Shown in pieces: positions 62,651 through 64,000 of a DNA stretch of 64,000 nucleotides. The stretch spans positions 1,289-65,288 of the forward strand of contig CAYFNR010000003.1 in NCBI GenBank assembly GCA_964344605.1, given 5' to 3'. Position 1 is the stretch's first letter, and each line of letters starts with the position of its first letter. The position numbers and the translations under genes are program-made. The notes under the pieces are model-generated. The model ran no database searches. It was not told where the DNA came from and worked only from the letters and a program-made list of their open reading frames with translations. The DNA comes from Candidatus Woesearchaeota archaeon (lineage in GTDB: Archaea; Nanobdellota; Nanobdellia; UBA10117; ARS21).

Positions 62651-64000
62651 TTAACTATCGGTCCTTAATTTTTGGACGGCTTCCACCATATTTTCTAGCT
62701 GTTCCCATGCCTCTTCTCCGCGTGTTTTAAGACCACAGTCAGGATTTACCCAAATTCTGTTCGCGTCCAAATTTTCAGAGTATCTTATTGGAACTTGTGC
62801 CATTTCTTCAACACTTGGAATTCGCGGGCTATGAACATCGAATACTCCCAGACCAATTGATGCCGAGAAGCCCTGCTCTCCAATAATATCTACAAGTTTG
62901 GACTGAGCCTTGCTGTCTTCTACCAAATATACATCAGCACCCATATCTCTTATCGAAGACCATATATCTCCAAATTCAGAGAAACACATGTGAGTGTGCG
63001 CAACGGCGTCATCCGGCATGTCAGCAAAAACTTGTCTAAACGAGTTTACTGCATGAAACAAATAGTGGTCCCATTTTTCTCTGTCTAAAGGCAGTCCTTC
63101 TCTAATGGCTGGTTCATCAACCTGCACATGCATTATCCCTGCTGCATTCAAGTCATTAACCTCTGCCCTTAAGGCTTCTGCAAATTCATAAAACTGCGCC
63201 TCTCTAGATATGTCTTCCCTAGGAAAAGACCATCTGGACAGAGTCACAGGTCCTGTCAGCATGCCTTTGATAGGTTTATCAGTTAGAGATTGCGCATAAC
63301 TACTCCATGGAACTGTGAATGCTTTAGGTCTGCTTATAGTTCCAGTCACAACTGGCGGCCTTACAAATCTTGTTCCGTAGGATTGAACCTCTCCCTTGAT
63401 TGGAGTAAATCCTTCGAAGTTTTCAGCAAAATACTGCACCATATCTGGCCGTTCAAATTCTCCATGGACCAAAACATCCAGTCCGGTTTCTTCCTGCCGT
63501 CTGACACAGTCAGCAATGAAACTTTTGATTTTTTCTTCGTACTCTTCGTCAGAGATTTCTCCTCTTTTCCATTTGGATCTTGTTCTTCTAACTTCAGGAA
63601 GTTGGGGAAAGCTTCCCGTAGTAGTTGTAGCATAAGCCACATCACTCACCCAAGGTTCTGTTCTTGAACGCTCAATTCTTTCTTCTGGGAGCGGAGCTTC
63701 TTCCTCCGAAATCCCTTGGTATTCTATATAATCTCCCTTTATAGCTATAAGTTCACCAAGCTTCTCCATAGCAAATGAGAAAGGGTAGGATTCGTTAATG
63801 GAAGTTAATGGAACATGCATCAAAGAGCAAGATGGACTAATGTATAATCTGTCCTCATCAATAAAATTTAGAATCTCATCCAAAGTATCTTTAGTATTAG
63901 TTGAGGCGGGCCAGACATTTCTTCCATTAATTATGCCTGCAATCAGATACTTGTCTTCAGGAAAGTCACCTAGAAGTTCCAGATTTTCTGGTCCGTCAAC
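62651..64000 (-). CDS. metE: Cobalamin-independent methionine synthase, two-domain MetE type (N-terminus outside the window)
   Basis: TTGSFPQLPEVRRTRSKWKRGEIS, VLVHGEFERPDMVQYFAE, IQVDEPA-type HVQVDEPAIREG, HMCFSEF, WVNPDCGLKTR. The frame stays open upstream of the listed Met (…IAGIINGRNVWPAS…DEILNFID) to the window edge. Confidence 0.85.
   Translation of the reverse strand, partial: VDGPENLELLGDFPEDKYLIAGIINGRNVWPASTNTKDTLDEILNFIDEDRLYISPSCSLMHVPLTSINESYPFSFAMEKLGELIAIKGDYIEYQGISEEEAPLPEERIERSRTEPWVSDVAYATTTTGSFPQLPEVRRTRSKWKRGEISDEEYEEKIKSFIADCVRRQEETGLDVLVHGEFERPDMVQYFAENFEGFTPIKGEVQSYGTRFVRPPVVTGTISRPKAFTVPWSSYAQSLTDKPIKGMLTGPVTLSRWSFPREDISREAQFYEFAEALRAEVNDLNAAGIMHVQVDEPAIREGLPLDREKWDHYLFHAVNSFRQVFADMPDDAVAHTHMCFSEFGDIWSSIRDMGADVYLVEDSKAQSKLVDIIGEQGFSASIGLGVFDVHSPRIPSVEEMAQVPIRYSENLDANRIWVNPDCGLKTRGEEAWEQLENMVEAVQKLRTDS

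Noticed and set aside
1-64000. Search for mobile elements, CRISPR arrays, rRNA, toxin-antitoxin or other defence loci, inteins and C/D-box sRNAs.
   Set aside because: No transposase, integrase or recombinase motifs were seen, and no repeat-spacer array. No RUGAUGA...CUGA pairs occur in the few gaps above 100 nt. nrdJ and the synthetases have no intein-sized insertions. tRNA-Ile has no adjacent integrase or direct repeat of its 3' end that I could see.

Overview
AT-rich, very gene-dense archaeal chromosome segment with about 75 genes in 64 kb. Neighbouring genes often overlap by 1-14 nt. Most operon-leading genes have a TATA-like box about 25 nt upstream of the start codon and no Shine-Dalgarno, so they look leaderless. 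Archaeal origin is supported by a histone, aIF5A, aIF2-gamma, aRF1, L7Ae-S28e-L24e, exosome subunits, RNase P protein subunits and class I LysRS. A small-genome lineage (DPANN-like or similar) is only an inference from the compaction. Most of the content is housekeeping. There are six aminoacyl-tRNA synthetases: a LysRS fragment, PheRS alpha and beta, ValRS, TyrRS, GluRS and GlyRS. There are translation factors, ribosomal proteins L40e, L7Ae, S28e, L24e, S2 and L15e, and one tRNA-Ile(GAU). The exosome/proteasome superoperon (Pop5, PsmA, SBDS, Rrp4, Rrp41, Rrp42) runs directly into RpoK, S2, DUF192 and a beta-CASP nuclease. The metabolic genes are a 2-oxoacid dehydrogenase E1alpha-E1beta-E2 operon without E3, lipoate-protein ligase, ADP-forming acetyl-CoA synthetase, an aminotransferase-ALDH-LplA-arginase operon, GDH, a thiol-redox/oxidative-stress set (TrxR, Grx, Trx-like proteins, SOD, cupredoxin), TldD/PmbA, two ABC systems, and B12-dependent RNR next to a PduO-type adenosyltransferase and B12-independent MetE. 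I saw no CRISPR array, rRNA, transposase, integrase or recognisable defence system, and I could not find a convincing novel multi-gene system. The best observations are: (1) a hand-foldable canonical kink-turn that sequesters the Shine-Dalgarno in the unusually long rpl7ae leader; (2) a perfect 144-bp tandem duplication in a Glu/Lys-rich tail of L7Ae; (3) an APC permease fused to a methyltransferase-like domain; (4) a sequon-saturated surface protein with a Gly11 hinge and a PGF-CTERM-like anchor; (5) several unannotated sub-60-aa genes; (6) a multiply disrupted metallophosphoesterase pseudogene. All functional calls come from motif recognition by eye. No database search was run.
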